From an uncultured candidatus Porisulfidus sp. (GTDB taxonomy: Bacteria; Pseudomonadota; Gammaproteobacteria; Poriferisulfidales; Oxydemutatoraceae), in NCBI GenBank assembly GCA_965215125.1, contig OZ244052.1:1-64000 (forward strand): a stretch of DNA of 64,000 nucleotides, written 5' to 3'. How positions within the stretch are numbered: the stretch's first letter is position 1; each line of letters begins with the position of its first letter. Below are positions 47,301 to 53,358 of this stretch, in pieces. The notes beneath the pieces were generated by a model that worked only from the letters and a program-made list of their open reading frames with translations, did no database searches and was not told where the DNA came from. The position numbers and the translations under genes are program-made.

Positions 47301-48497
47301 GCTGCCGGCAAACCCACCTGCTATACCACTACTCATAATATTGATATTCACTCCGAGCAAACCAAGATTGCGGATTATTCCCGATGATCCTCTCAACTGC
47401 CTAAATAAACCCTGACCTCCCTGATTACGCACGATACGCAAACCAGAAATTGTGTTGCCGTTACCCTCCAATGCCGTAGCTAAACTATCTATCGGGGACC
47501 ACCCTGCTCCTTCAGTCCAAGTCGCTTTATTGCTTAAGTCTTGATAGTGTGCATCGTTGCCGAAATCCAGATGCCTGGCGATTTCATATCCGTCGCAGGT
47601 GCGGCGAGTGCCATCTTCGTCGCAACCCGAACTATTAAGGTCTATATCATCGGAGAGGGTCGGTTGATAGCCGCTGCCGTCCGTTCGGTAGCGAATTGCA
47701 TCCAAATCCTCAAGGTAGTAAATCTCTATCAATCGGTCGTCGTCTATGTCTACATCGGTTCTGTATGTTCCGAATTGTTCCGTAACCGTATACCCCTGCG
47801 CATCGGTATAGCTCAATTCCACGCGATAGCGAATGGTTGGGGTGGTGCCTTCCGGTACCGTGTAAGCGGACAGTGTTCTCGTGGTGGTTTCCGTTTTGAC
47901 ATCACGCCATTGCGTGTCGCTTAAAGCCAGAGATTGCCACGAGTATGTGAACTCGCCGTCGCCGTCTGCATCCGAGATACTATTTACAACGGCGGTTATG
48001 GAAGCGGTCGTACCCGATATATTTGAATTCAATTTCAGATTTACATCGAGGGTGGGAACAAAGTTGGGCTGCTTGATAATCGTCACTATGCTCTCGGTGC
48101 TTGCCGTAGAGCCGGCTTCGCCGACCGTCATCGTGAACACTACGGTGCTAGAAGTATAATCGCGCCCTATAAAATTCGCGGGGATGGTGACAGTCAAAGT
48201 TCGGGTGGTGGGATCCGACAGTTGCAAATTCGGATTCAACAGCTGCGACCGGTCGCGCGGTCGATATTCCCACCGATAAGAATAGTTTTCGCTATTCCCG
48301 CTGCCACCGGCAATTGCATCGCCGGGGAGGCTTAAAGTCAATTCCTCGCCTTCGTTTGCCGAACCTTCAATCGTAATCCCCTTTTGCAGAGTGATATCGG
48401 GATTCTCCGAGGGTACTTGCCCAAGCGCAGACTGACACGGCAGAACTGCAAGTAGAATAAATCGTGCTACGAATATAGGTTTTAATTTCATTTGCAT
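32325..48497 (-). CDS. Giant (5390 aa) secreted repetitive surface protein / putative adhesin with GLUG-like, cadherin-like and Ig-like domains
   Basis: Sec-type signal peptide, many VGGLVG motifs, DxDxDGLIEI Ca-binding-like motifs, YxWQ Ig-like modules, four near-identical ~680-aa units. Confidence 0.85.
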   Translation of the reverse strand: MQMKLKPIFVARFILLAVLPCQSALGQVPSENPDITLQKGITIEGSANEGEELTLSLPGDAIAGGSGNSENYSYRWEYRPRDRSQLLNPNLQLSDPTTRTLTVTIPANFIGRDYTSSTVVFTMTVGEAGSTASTESIVTIIKQPNFVPTLDVNLKLNSNISGTTASITAVVNSISDADGDGEFTYSWQSLALSDTQWRDVKTETTTRTLSAYTVPEGTTPTIRYRVELSYTDAQGYTVTEQFGTYRTDVDIDDDRLIEIYYLEDLDAIRYRTDGSGYQPTLSDDIDLNSSGCDEDGTRRTCDGYEIARHLDFGNDAHYQDLSNKATWTEGAGWSPIDSLATALEGNGNTISGLRIVRNQGGQGLFRQLRGSSGIIRNLGLLGVNINIMSSGIAGGFAGSLGIGIIRNSYVKGTIVGNQEIGGFAGNDLGQIINSYANVNIQGRLSGGLYGRGDARIASSYVTGSVTGLSVGAILSESNSFIENSYAANNLGNIKDNNQTGISNSYARVPSRHNELKEPTGPGTSDPELYIGWRTDRWDFGTSEQFPILKYVEDCSNDLQTERTDPPQCGTFLPDQNNGLRDLEIISEVIELDKVFASEITNYDVSFNDDTPNLTLRLKAYESDSQISVRRHGDSTDYFAGMRSTPDVGDDISLTGTEQTTVTITVREIFPVTETRYTLTLINRTLVVSGEIGIKGDGTITDNVISTTEGRSFTLTAPQVSGGIRTPSYEWTVTPENSSQLLNPNLQLSDTTTQTLTVTIPADFIGRNYTSSTVVFTLTVGDGTSSTVRSVVLKVGKTNNDTWERTPELTADGTKLNATEDIEDSDGNPGENDIGYQWQRKAVDADEWVDIDGATTKTYTILQLEYPITFNYRVGVRYTDRQGYVSDIAYSDPTPADYRPDIDTDDDGLIEVYYLEDLDAIRYQLDGSGYRTSTQARVIKAGCGYNDNGSTVCRGYELIRDLDFGIDNSYSSTANQVLWQPNESKSNEGWVPIGSNSQTTVSAPMLFEGNGYTISNLYQSTATYSGLFGNIDNTGKDPLAIYNIGLLDVDIQTRGGDNGGLAAACRNCLIANSYVTGTLSSEGTVDTLGGLVGRATTTDNNENPQYENVYARVDLIGNALHSGHLLGHADIHINNAYTRGYQREDYEGALVGSLGSASTTGTLINVYATGTKIADIMGDFLIRTSYTTQTVSILKLPTAPGTAGSELYNDWSTDIWDFGTSEQFPILKYVEDCSNDLQTQRTNLPQCGTFLPDQNDGLRDLEIISDGIELDKVFASEITRYDVSFGNETPNLTLRLKAYEGDSQISVREQGDSTDYFAGMRDTADVSDGIPLENVGETTVTITVREVFPATETEYTLSLRNRTLVVSGEIGIAGDETITDNVIATTEGRSFTLTAPQASGGSGMPDYEWTVTPEDSSQLLKPNLVLSSTSVAVLTVRVPANFIGRDYTSSTVVFTLTVGDGTFSTDRRVVLKVNKINNDTPQRDPRWVEDGISLNAIEDIEDPDGNPGDSDIGYQWQRKAIDADEWMDISGASSETYTILQPEYPITFNYRVGVRYTDAQGYLSDIAYSDSTPADYRPDIDTDNDGLIEIYYLEDLDAVRYRLDGSGYRTSTQATVIKAGCGYNDNGSTVCRGYELIRDLDFGIDNSYSSTANKVIWQPNDGKSNEGWVPIGSNNQTTVSAPMLFEGNGYAISNLYQSTATYSGLFGNIDNTGKDPLAIYNIGLLDLDIQTRGGDNGGLAAACRNCLIANSYVTGTMSSEGTVDTLGGLVGRATTTDNNTNPQYENVYARVDLTGNALHSGHLLGHADVRVNNAYARGYQQETYEGALVGSLGSDFTTGTLINVYATGTKIADIMGDSLVRTSYTTRTVSILKSPTAPGNTDSELYEKWTTDNWDFGTSEQYPILRYNSGSYDYEACSDQAPTQNTDQPQCDTFLPDQNDGLRDLEIISDGIVLDEVFASEITNYSVGFSNDTPNLTLRLKAYEGDSQISVREQGDSTDYFAGMRDTADVSDGIPLTGIEQTAVTITVREVFPITETEYTLTLMNRTLIVSQQIGITGDVMIAENVVSTTEGRSFTLEPPRIEGGFGAYRYNWAAMPENPSQLLNSKLQLRDTTNRTLTVTIPENFIGRNDTSSTVVFNLTVGDGTSSTVRSVVLKVNKINNDTSQRNPRWVEDGISLNAIEDIEDPDGNPGDSDIGYQWQRKAIDADEWMDISGASSETYTILQPEYPIAFNYRVGVRYTDAQGYLSDIAYSDSTPADYRPDIDTDNDGLIEIYYLEDLDAVRYQLDGSGYRTSTQATVIKAGCGYNDNGSTVCRGYELIRDLDFSVDSSYSSTANKVIWQPNGRKSNEGWVSIGSNSQTTVSAPMLFEGNGYAISNLYQSTATYSGLFGNIDNTGKDPLAIYNIGLLDLDIQTRGGDNGGLAAACRNCLITNSYVTGTMSSEGTVDTLGGLVGRATTTDNNANPQYENVYARVDLTGNALHSGHLLGHADVRVNNAYARGYQRETYEGALVGSLGSDFTTGTLINVYATGTKIADIMGDSLVRTSYTTRTVSILKSPTAPGDTDSELYRDWAADNWDFGTSEQFPILKYNKSGNSNYIACSSVLGLRMQSTDQPQCGTFLPDQNDGLRDLEIISDGIVLDKAFASEITRYDVSFGNETPNLRLRLKAYEGDSQISVREQGNSTDYFAGMRDTTDVSDDISLENVGETTVTVTVREVFPATETEYTLTLINRTPIVSGEIDIAGDGTITDNAISTTEGRSFTLESPRLSGGSRTYNYRWNIMPEDSSQLLNPNLVLSSTSIAVLTVRVPDDFIGRDYTSSTVVFTLTVGDGTFSTDRRVVLKVNKINNDTPQRNPRWVEDGISLNAIEDIEDADGNPNEDDIGYQWQRKAIDADEWMDISGATMETYTAPPEYPITFNYRVGVSYTDRQGYLNDIAYSEPTPTDYRPDIDIDNDGLIEIYYLEDLDAVRYRLDGSGYRTSTQARVINSGCGFDDNGSTVCRGYELIRDLDFGVDNSYSSTANKVIWQPNDGKSNEGWVSIGSNSQTTVSAPMIFEGNGYAISNLYQSTATYSGLFGNIDNTGEDPLAIYNIGLLDVDIQTRGGDNGGLAAACRNCLIANSYVTGTMSSEGMVDTLGGLVGRATTTDNNANPQYENVYARVDLTGNALHSGHLLGHADVRINNAYARGYQRETYEGALVGSLGSASTTGTLINVYATGTEIADITTNSLVRTAYTTQTVSILKSPTAPGNIDSELYEKWTTDNWDFGTSEQYPILRYNSGSYNYEACSDQAPTKSTDQPECVTFLPDQGIGLRDLNILAPTVTRTDSVFVSDRTEYTLWIRDTEERAQLELNGYDFRGIITIDGVGTATGSTMTTVALPKDTSVQNIIVADAASTAYTLTIIKTADIAGTGEITLEPMPSEDGTVDEGSTIELTSDIVGGDYRWTQPGVRALEILEQNAATITVRVLDDFVAADATTRNTVLTLTVTDLIEGDSRSISRILTIKKIDNGPAEIDFVGEFGNRQLTAIVGDDPDGNATEYRYQWQSRAPDSNSWTPVASTTTALRMVDYQIPADTTTATRYRVAVQYTDAQGYRTDEVAGNYLYRAGDNDDNDNGFIDIYTLEDLAATKSGTLQSRNRYELRRNLDFNDPLSYADTRNMNLWSANDDRSNPGWEPIPRVNGFSSYTFDGNGYTISNLYINRASTIALFRQVNVGSIISNIGLINVDIRGNNSVSGLIAFSGGMINSSYVGGSVKIGGNANTGGLVGQNGGIIADSYVIATSGTIVGLGDNTGGLVGYNFSVGTIRNSGTNVEVRGNAGVGGLIGRNEGAVRNSFARGSVTGNRHIGGLIGRSINRFGRRIVVINSYSTGDVIEGDVGSGSPNLGGLIGLPDRSIGFTPFIAAENSYTISKVIPNPNNNRRIGGLLGNKVLLGENDDTVASYWNSDVYTEGDRRPTDDDETSKTTMELQSPIDAIGIYRQWSTDNWDFGDETTYPMLRYDPASCNLDSDTARCGLLPNQQYETGLGALFLLSNGEVLNPDLRLGNQPFSVLRENYSIGILNRDEVQLRPFAVGGDDAEIKIIRDRDSRNYFSGKSSGQPSNSIPLDLDVATTVSIVVTDGDINTTYTLVMRRYDIETTSTVVDEGDEITLNTSAIGDSRSWSFIPPDSVDILSGQGTATLQVKIPDNFVPGGIETTMATLVFEVNIVDGATTYTPRETLRVNKINNGMPPDISLEVSSTTLSIVVGEGTDSDGEGEFMYTWERLHVENGRKERNEVSTSPEYRLPDTDNGSTRYFVNVTHTDGQGFTTEYADRESFILEPIKRTDIGIDDDDDGLIEIYYLDDLDAIREHLTEMPATCGQNNDQPCEGYELQRSLNFSSNDSYIGEVNRAWISTFTSSPPGWQPIGSIETPFNTVFTAATDNLFIDRLYINRPEEDNIGLFGVIGPRAKILDIQVRDPNISGRYAVGGLVGVTSRLTDSEGSVTESSLIANSSVVFTQLFRVGLNATRAWLGGLVGSNYGSIVNSYTQVRLNGDFAVGGLAGYSFGPISDSYALSFFSIPAASGIQGTDIITAGNAVGGLVGYNHSESPFKGGGSITNSYATNSVLGDFDVGGLVGYNDAGTIDNSYALGHVVGGTNVGGLVGYNSNGTIVGYAGNIVTGANNVGDLVSPESGGTVTALSTTPTLTYTGNFDGNGYSSCVVADGQTDYRVTLPACDTLLPEQDSRIGIGTPALSGVTLSVGTLEPEFDPVINAFSSFNGYEIFDIPENTTKITVTATTNIPNANLFVNVRGVRVQDNVMSSTTRENNSRTISRTIPVDDIRRVTTISIERGSARDYAIVIPAQPKLSGIPRMPCRADTIDRDGDGLIEICDLEGLYAMRYRLDADAMPKTCGERNDSACRGYELVRDLDFDKDESYRNPSENKPIWTTGKETDRGWRPIGNPSNPFNVEFSATTSHSIANLMIDRDFIRNYTGLFGYTGRNARIVNIELSDANVSGRYLTGGLVGRNEGTIINSRVTSASTVTLRNAWGGGLVGDNAGIINDSYTHSDVTGIDQIGGLVGINTGRITNSIAESDVLGVTFAGGLAGVNAGNINNSYASGTLTSITVVAFGATRVDRNFYYAGGLVGLNVGVIADTYSIGNIDGSERVGGLVGDNRNLIASSYAAVGNVVGTRLVGALVGINSGSIIDSYGDQSSRYNLVGENLPIGTIRNSETLTDDMNLQSRSSISGWRAVNWDFGTNMQYPALKYLRSETDPVDCERCGMLLQGQAMRPDFSLRVAEGESATLIETPEMPSDYMLRVDLNADNVRLIPDANIENATIRFQYRVDNEEDRMTMTENRQPFTAMIPSTARTITITLLFQDQNTNELISYRRVVDIHRVIRTQIRLFPEGLLNP
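38565..46761 (-). repeat. Four intragenic tandem units of about 2.05 kb
   Basis: Anchor (GLRDL coding, caaacc on +) at 46761, 44727, 42675, 40614 and 38565 gives periods of 2034, 2052, 2061 and 2049 nt, all multiples of 3. Confidence 0.92.
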
Positions 48498-48646
48498 AGA
48501 GAGTATTATTCTATAAATATTTCCAGCTTAATATTAGGTGGAATTATACCACCGGGCTAACCAAATACCCTAAAACAATAACGCAAACTATTGTAGAGAG
48601 TGCTGATATGCTTTCTTTGAAGTAATATTCCGAACAAACCGCATCA

Positions 48647-49879
48647 TTAAGGTTTATCCGTTTGATGTCGCAATCTGAACAAACCTTCGATGATTCCGCC
48701 GTCGCTGGTGAAATAAAGCGCACCGTCCGATGCAAAAGCAACACCCATAGGACGCATCAGACGATCCCCTGCGTCATCTTGCAAGTCTTCAATCAACGGC
48801 ATAACTTCGGACGCTTCACCTTTTCTAAAATGTACCAATACAACACGCGGCGGTCTGCGGGTTGCCCTGCTTCCGAAATAGCCGCCTCTCGGTTTTGTTG
48901 CCCAGGAACCGTGTATCGCAACAACGGCACTGCCGACCATTTCCGGTTGCAATGCACCTTGTGGAACAAAAGCGACACCCATCGGTGCGCTACGCGCCGG
49001 GAAAGTCGCAACCGGCGGCCGTGCATCGTTGCGCGGTGGTGGACTATTTATACAATTATCCGCCAGCAACTCATTGCGCTCGTTCAACCAAAACCACGGC
49101 ATCCCATGAAAAGAACCGGAGTCGATGCGACTAAAGTATTCGGGGGGCAGTTCATAGCCGTGATGGTCGGGACCGTTATTGCTCGCATAAAGTACACCAC
49201 TGCCCGGATGCCAATCAAAACCCATCGGATTGCGCAGACCGGTTGCATAAGGTTTCCATTGTGCGGATCCGTTCTTTGATTCGGAAAGTATCAAAATGCC
49301 ACCGCGCTGATCGGCAAAGCTATACCCTTCACCTATATATTGATCGCTACAATTACCGCTGATACCCAGCCCCAAATAGATCTTGCCGTCGGGACCTACG
49401 GCTACCGTTCTGCTTGCATGCCCACCACCGGACGGCAATGCTGCGACCCGTTCAAAATCGCTATCGTCCAACGGCTTGTTGCTGTTAGCTTCATGCAACG
49501 GCGCACGATAGACACCGTCGGTCATGCCGACCAACAATTCATCATTGCGTACCGCAACACTGTGCGGGAAACCTCCCGGCTCGGCAATGATCTCAACTTT
49601 GTCATAAGGTGGCTTGATGCGGTAGATATCACCTACCGACGAACCTGCCAACAACACATCGCCCGCCGTCCTGGTCAACATACGCGGCTTCTCCATCTCA
49701 ACCAATAGTTCCAGCGTATAACCCGACGGCACAATCAAACGCCAGGATAAATCGTTCGTCTCAAAAAGCTGTTCGTCGTAACCGAACATCTGCGTATGCG
49801 CACTTGAATTCGGGTTCAGCAGAACCCATATCAAAATCGTTGTGGCAAACAGATACGATGTTTTCAAAAATTTTCTCAT
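48647..49879 (-). CDS. PQQ-dependent sugar/sorbosone dehydrogenase family beta-propeller
   Basis: Signal peptide, GGHASRT, GPDGKIY, ATGLRNPMGFDWHP, SAPMGVAF, HGSW, RPMGVA..DGALYFTSD. Confidence 0.85.
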   Translation of the reverse strand: MRKFLKTSYLFATTILIWVLLNPNSSAHTQMFGYDEQLFETNDLSWRLIVPSGYTLELLVEMEKPRMLTRTAGDVLLAGSSVGDIYRIKPPYDKVEIIAEPGGFPHSVAVRNDELLVGMTDGVYRAPLHEANSNKPLDDSDFERVAALPSGGGHASRTVAVGPDGKIYLGLGISGNCSDQYIGEGYSFADQRGGILILSESKNGSAQWKPYATGLRNPMGFDWHPGSGVLYASNNGPDHHGYELPPEYFSRIDSGSFHGMPWFWLNERNELLADNCINSPPPRNDARPPVATFPARSAPMGVAFVPQGALQPEMVGSAVVAIHGSWATKPRGGYFGSRATRRPPRVVLVHFRKGEASEVMPLIEDLQDDAGDRLMRPMGVAFASDGALYFTSDGGIIEGLFRLRHQTDKP

Positions 49880-49928
49880 GACTAAATACTATATAATTGG
49901 ATTGCTTATAGAAGCATTGTACATATTT

Positions 49929-49960
49929 TGATATAATTCACATAATCTAACTATCGGAGG
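49929..49960 (+). promoter_or_regulatory. Putative extended -10 promoter and SD for yccA
   Basis: TGaTATAAT at 49929-49937; GGAGG at 49956-49960, 8 nt before the ATG. Confidence 0.4.
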
Positions 49961-49968
49961 CTTTTATT

Positions 49969-50631
49969 ATGGAACAAGTTGTTATTTCTCAATCTAGGCG
50001 GGCAGGTCTTGCGAATAGCCGAATTATTAGCAATACCTACCTGCTACTTACCCTAACCCTGCTCACCAGCACAATCACCGCTGCGGTTGCAATGAATATC
50101 GGTGCCCGCCCGGTGAATTGGCTACTGATGCTGGCAATATTCATCGGCATGCCGTTTGTCATCAACCGCTTTCGCAATAGCGTTTGGGGGTTGGTGCTGA
50201 CTTTTGCGTTCACGGCATTCATGGGCTATGTGCTCGGGCCTATACTGAGTCTTTATTTGAGCCTAAGCAACGGACCGCAAATAGTAATGATGTCGTTCGG
50301 CACCACCGCGGCGGTTTTTGTCGGGCTTTCCGCCTATACCCTGGCAACCAGAAAAGACTTCAGCTACATGCGTAGTTTCCTGTTCACCGGCTTGATTGTG
50401 CTACTCGTTGCAATCATCGCCAATCTATTTTTAGCGATACCGCTGCTATCGCTGACTATATCGTCGGTTGCGGTATTCATCATGTCGGGACTCATACTCT
50501 ACGACACCAGCCGCATGATACACGGCGGCGAGACCAACTATGTGATGATGACCGTATCGCTCTACGCCAACATCTATGTGCTATTCGTGCATCTGCTAAA
50601 CCTGTTCTCGTTTATGCACGGAAACGAATAA
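49969..50631 (+). CDS. yccA: Bax inhibitor-1/YccA family membrane protein
   Basis: About seven TM helices, NTYLLL, GYVLGPIL, KDFS, ILYDTS, GETNYV. Confidence 0.9.
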   Translation: MEQVVISQSRRAGLANSRIISNTYLLLTLTLLTSTITAAVAMNIGARPVNWLLMLAIFIGMPFVINRFRNSVWGLVLTFAFTAFMGYVLGPILSLYLSLSNGPQIVMMSFGTTAAVFVGLSAYTLATRKDFSYMRSFLFTGLIVLLVAIIANLFLAIPLLSLTISSVAVFIMSGLILYDTSRMIHGGETNYVMMTVSLYANIYVLFVHLLNLFSFMHGNE

Positions 50632-50912
50632 TGGAACCGCCACTTGCTCCAGTTGGGCAAGTGGCGTGACATTGTGCTGAATCTTGACGTCATTCCCCTC
50701 CTTCGGAGGGGTGGCAGGCGTATAGAACCATCACTTGTTGCAGTAGCACAAGTGGCGTGACATTGTCCAGAACCCTAGCATATATAAAAAATGTAAAGCT
50801 TTTCCATGGGGTGGTCGCTAAGAATCTGCACCAGCTAATTCCCTTCCTTCGGAGGGGTGGCAGGCGAAGCCTGACGGGGTGGTCGCTAAGGATCTGCACC
50901 AGTCAATTCCCC
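50632..50912 (-). repeat. Repeat cluster between convergent yccA and dnaQ: B core (50632-50690), full B (50692-50815), REP-A (50838-50884)
   Basis: Reverse complements of B and REP-A. The hairpin GCCACTTGC/GCAAGTGGC follows the yccA stop and may act as a terminator. Confidence 0.8.
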
Positions 50913-50913
50913 T

Positions 50914-51603
50914 TTACGACTGTTTCGCAAACTTTGCCGTTAAAAACTGCTCGTGGCGACGCAATTCATCCTCGGTCGCCTTAATCACTATCAAGCCCTC
51001 GTCGGACAAAACTACCTCCTCCTCGTCGGCAGCAACAACTTCATGCTTGTCAACCTGCGGTTCACCGGCGAAGGATATACTCGTCTGCCCACTCGTCATA
51101 GCTAAATAAACCTGCGCCAATAAATCCGCATCTATCAATGCACCATGCAACTCGCGATGACTTCGATCAATCTGATAATGATCGCTAAGCGCATTCAAGG
51201 CATAAGACGAACCGACATGTACTTTCTTAGCAAGTTCCAATGTGTCAACGATGGTGCAACCCGTCTCTTGTATAAAAGTGCCACGATTTAGACGCGCCAA
51301 CTCGGCATCCAGAAAACCCAAATCAAACGGCGCATTATGTATCAGCACCTCGCTACCCTGAGCGAATTCCAAAAACTCGTCGCACACACTGCCGAACAAC
51401 GGACTCCCCTTGAGCATCTCCCAAGTATAACCGTGCACCCGCCGAGCACCTTCGCTCACCTCACGCTTGGGATTCACCTTAGAATAAAAAGTCCGCTCGC
51501 TAATACCGCGGTCTATAATCTCAACACACCCTATCTCCAAAATCCGATGCCCGTCACCGACCTCAAGCCCGGTCGTCTCGGTGTCCAATGCAATCTGTCT
51601 CAT
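50914..51603 (-). CDS. dnaQ: DNA polymerase III epsilon subunit
   Basis: LDTETTG (ExoI), HNAPFD (ExoII), HGALIDA (ExoIII), YLAMTSGQ. Confidence 0.96.
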   Translation of the reverse strand: MRQIALDTETTGLEVGDGHRILEIGCVEIIDRGISERTFYSKVNPKREVSEGARRVHGYTWEMLKGSPLFGSVCDEFLEFAQGSEVLIHNAPFDLGFLDAELARLNRGTFIQETGCTIVDTLELAKKVHVGSSYALNALSDHYQIDRSHRELHGALIDADLLAQVYLAMTSGQTSISFAGEPQVDKHEVVAADEEEVVLSDEGLIVIKATEDELRRHEQFLTAKFAKQS

Positions 51604-51632
51604 TATCGCCTCCTGTGTATCAATGCTGGCTC

Positions 51633-51838
51633 TGTTGAAAAAGTATCCACGAGCTGCAGGAACGGTACATTCCCCTCCTTCGGAGGGGTGGCAGGCGAAG
51701 CCTGACGGGGTGGTTGTGCCGTATCCGTACTATGTTTATATTCATCCATCCAATTTATGGAAACCATTATTTGTTGGCGCAGGGCGGTTGATGTTATGCG
51801 ATGTTCGCATTTTTTCAACACCCCATACTTTTTCAACA
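51633..51838 (-). mobile_element. MITE-like element C, copy 3 (contains REP-A at 51669-51714), at the left border of the defence island
   Basis: TIR TGTTGAAAAAGTAT / ATACTTTTTCAACA plus an extra partial TIR at 51810-51824; interior matches copy 1. Confidence 0.75.
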
Positions 51839-51848
51839 ACTTCATATC

Positions 51849-52766
51849 TTACAAATGCCGGATGATTATTTTGTGTTTGTCGGCTATTGCCTCTGCCATA
51901 TGATGGCGGTGACAGCATGTGTGATCTTGCTCAAAGCAAGTGATGGCTACTCTTCGGTGCTGCCGAATGATTTTCACTACATCCTGCAATGCTTGCTTTT
52001 TATCGGTTTGGCTTAAGGTTTTTCGGTATTGATCGAACAGTTGATTATACTCAATGCGAGATTTAATATTCTTTCGCAGATCTCCCTTAATGCCTAATTC
52101 CGGGATATGGATATAAGCTATTCCGAACCTGCCGGTTATATCTTGTAGTTGTTTTTTAGAAAAGCCTTTTTTAATGCTAAAAGGATTATACCTAACATCT
52201 ATCAGTGCAGAGATGCCGTTATCGATTAAGCCTCTCAGATATTGTTCTATACTTTTTCCTTCGTAGCCTATGGTGTAAAGCGTTAAATACTTGTTCTTTA
52301 TCTGTGGTTTTTCTTTAGATATATAACGGCGCAACGGTTTAAATTTCGGTTTGTCCAGAAGCTCGCTATTGATTGCGTAGTACGGATACTTTTTATATAC
52401 CTCGTAGATAAGGGCATCATTGGAAAGTTTTCCATACTCATCAAAGATAGTGTCTAGATACTCTTCATCCTCCGGTTTCAAGTTGATCACCCCTTTAATT
52501 TTCTTATTATTTACAATGTATGCTTTGTCGTTTTTCGTTATCGTCAACAACCGATAATAATCGGCGAGTATCCGAGCATCTTCGTTAGCTTGAAATGAAT
52601 AACACCCATACTTATACGGTAAGAAATGATAAATCGGCTTCTCTTGCCGTTGGGTAAATAGAAAGAGCAACTTTTGCAAGCGGATTTTCTCCGTGCAATC
52701 TTTCCCGCGAGTCAGAATTGCCAGCAACACACGCCTGCGGTAATACAAAGTCTTGGGGAAATTCAT
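51849..52766 (-). CDS. DUF488-family protein with N-terminal winged-helix/antitoxin-like domain
   Basis: C-terminal TIGYEG, DVRYNPFSIKKGFSK, PELG, CFEQDHTCCHR; N-terminal LQKLLF..FLPYKYGCYS. Confidence 0.75.
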   Translation of the reverse strand: MNFPKTLYYRRRVLLAILTRGKDCTEKIRLQKLLFLFTQRQEKPIYHFLPYKYGCYSFQANEDARILADYYRLLTITKNDKAYIVNNKKIKGVINLKPEDEEYLDTIFDEYGKLSNDALIYEVYKKYPYYAINSELLDKPKFKPLRRYISKEKPQIKNKYLTLYTIGYEGKSIEQYLRGLIDNGISALIDVRYNPFSIKKGFSKKQLQDITGRFGIAYIHIPELGIKGDLRKNIKSRIEYNQLFDQYRKTLSQTDKKQALQDVVKIIRQHRRVAITCFEQDHTCCHRHHMAEAIADKHKIIIRHL

Positions 52767-52794
52767 TGCTTGAAAGCCTTCAGATAAAAGAAAT

Positions 52795-53358
52795 TTATGA
52801 TGCGGGAATCGGACATTTTAGAGATTTAAATGAAACCGTTCCCGGAGAGTAGACAAGTGTGAAACCTTTATTTTTATATTCATGGTACTCATACTGATGC
52901 TGATCCTTGATTGGTTTCTTATTCCTCGTTTCTGATAATCCTTTTGTAATAACTATATAATGCTCTTTAATTTCTATTTCTTCGGAAAAGTATATAGCCA
53001 CCATTGAAACCAGATATTTCCAAGCAGGGATAGTATAAAGTATCTGGTTACATGCTTTTTCAAAAGTACGGCTTTCTGCGCTACTTATAGTTTTCTTCAA
53101 TTCTATAAAATAAACATCTGTGGTACTAGTGTTGGGTACTATAATTAAATAATCGCATGACTTTGTATAATTCTTTATATTAGCTATTATCGCTGGATGA
53201 AGTTGGTTCGTTCCCGTTAGATTGATAGCAAGCCCTTCACTTGGTAGTCCTAATATATTGATTTCCATATCGTTACTTTTCTCTTCCAATTTAACACGAT
53301 TTTTAACAATCCTTTTATATCTCTCTGCTTTTAGCAGCTTTTCCATAAACTTAATCAT
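52795..53358 (-). CDS. Hypothetical protein, possible PD-(D/E)xK nuclease partner of the upstream ATPase
   Basis: SCDYLII...VYFIELKK...NQI pattern; 8-nt overlap with the ATPase gene. Confidence 0.5.
   Translation of the reverse strand: MIKFMEKLLKAERYKRIVKNRVKLEEKSNDMEINILGLPSEGLAINLTGTNQLHPAIIANIKNYTKSCDYLIIVPNTSTTDVYFIELKKTISSAESRTFEKACNQILYTIPAWKYLVSMVAIYFSEEIEIKEHYIVITKGLSETRNKKPIKDQHQYEYHEYKNKGFTLVYSPGTVSFKSLKCPIPAS

Noticed and set aside
33385-48159. Many recurring plus-strand ORFs opposite the giant gene
   Set aside because: They are antisense shadows that recur only because the sense gene is repetitive.
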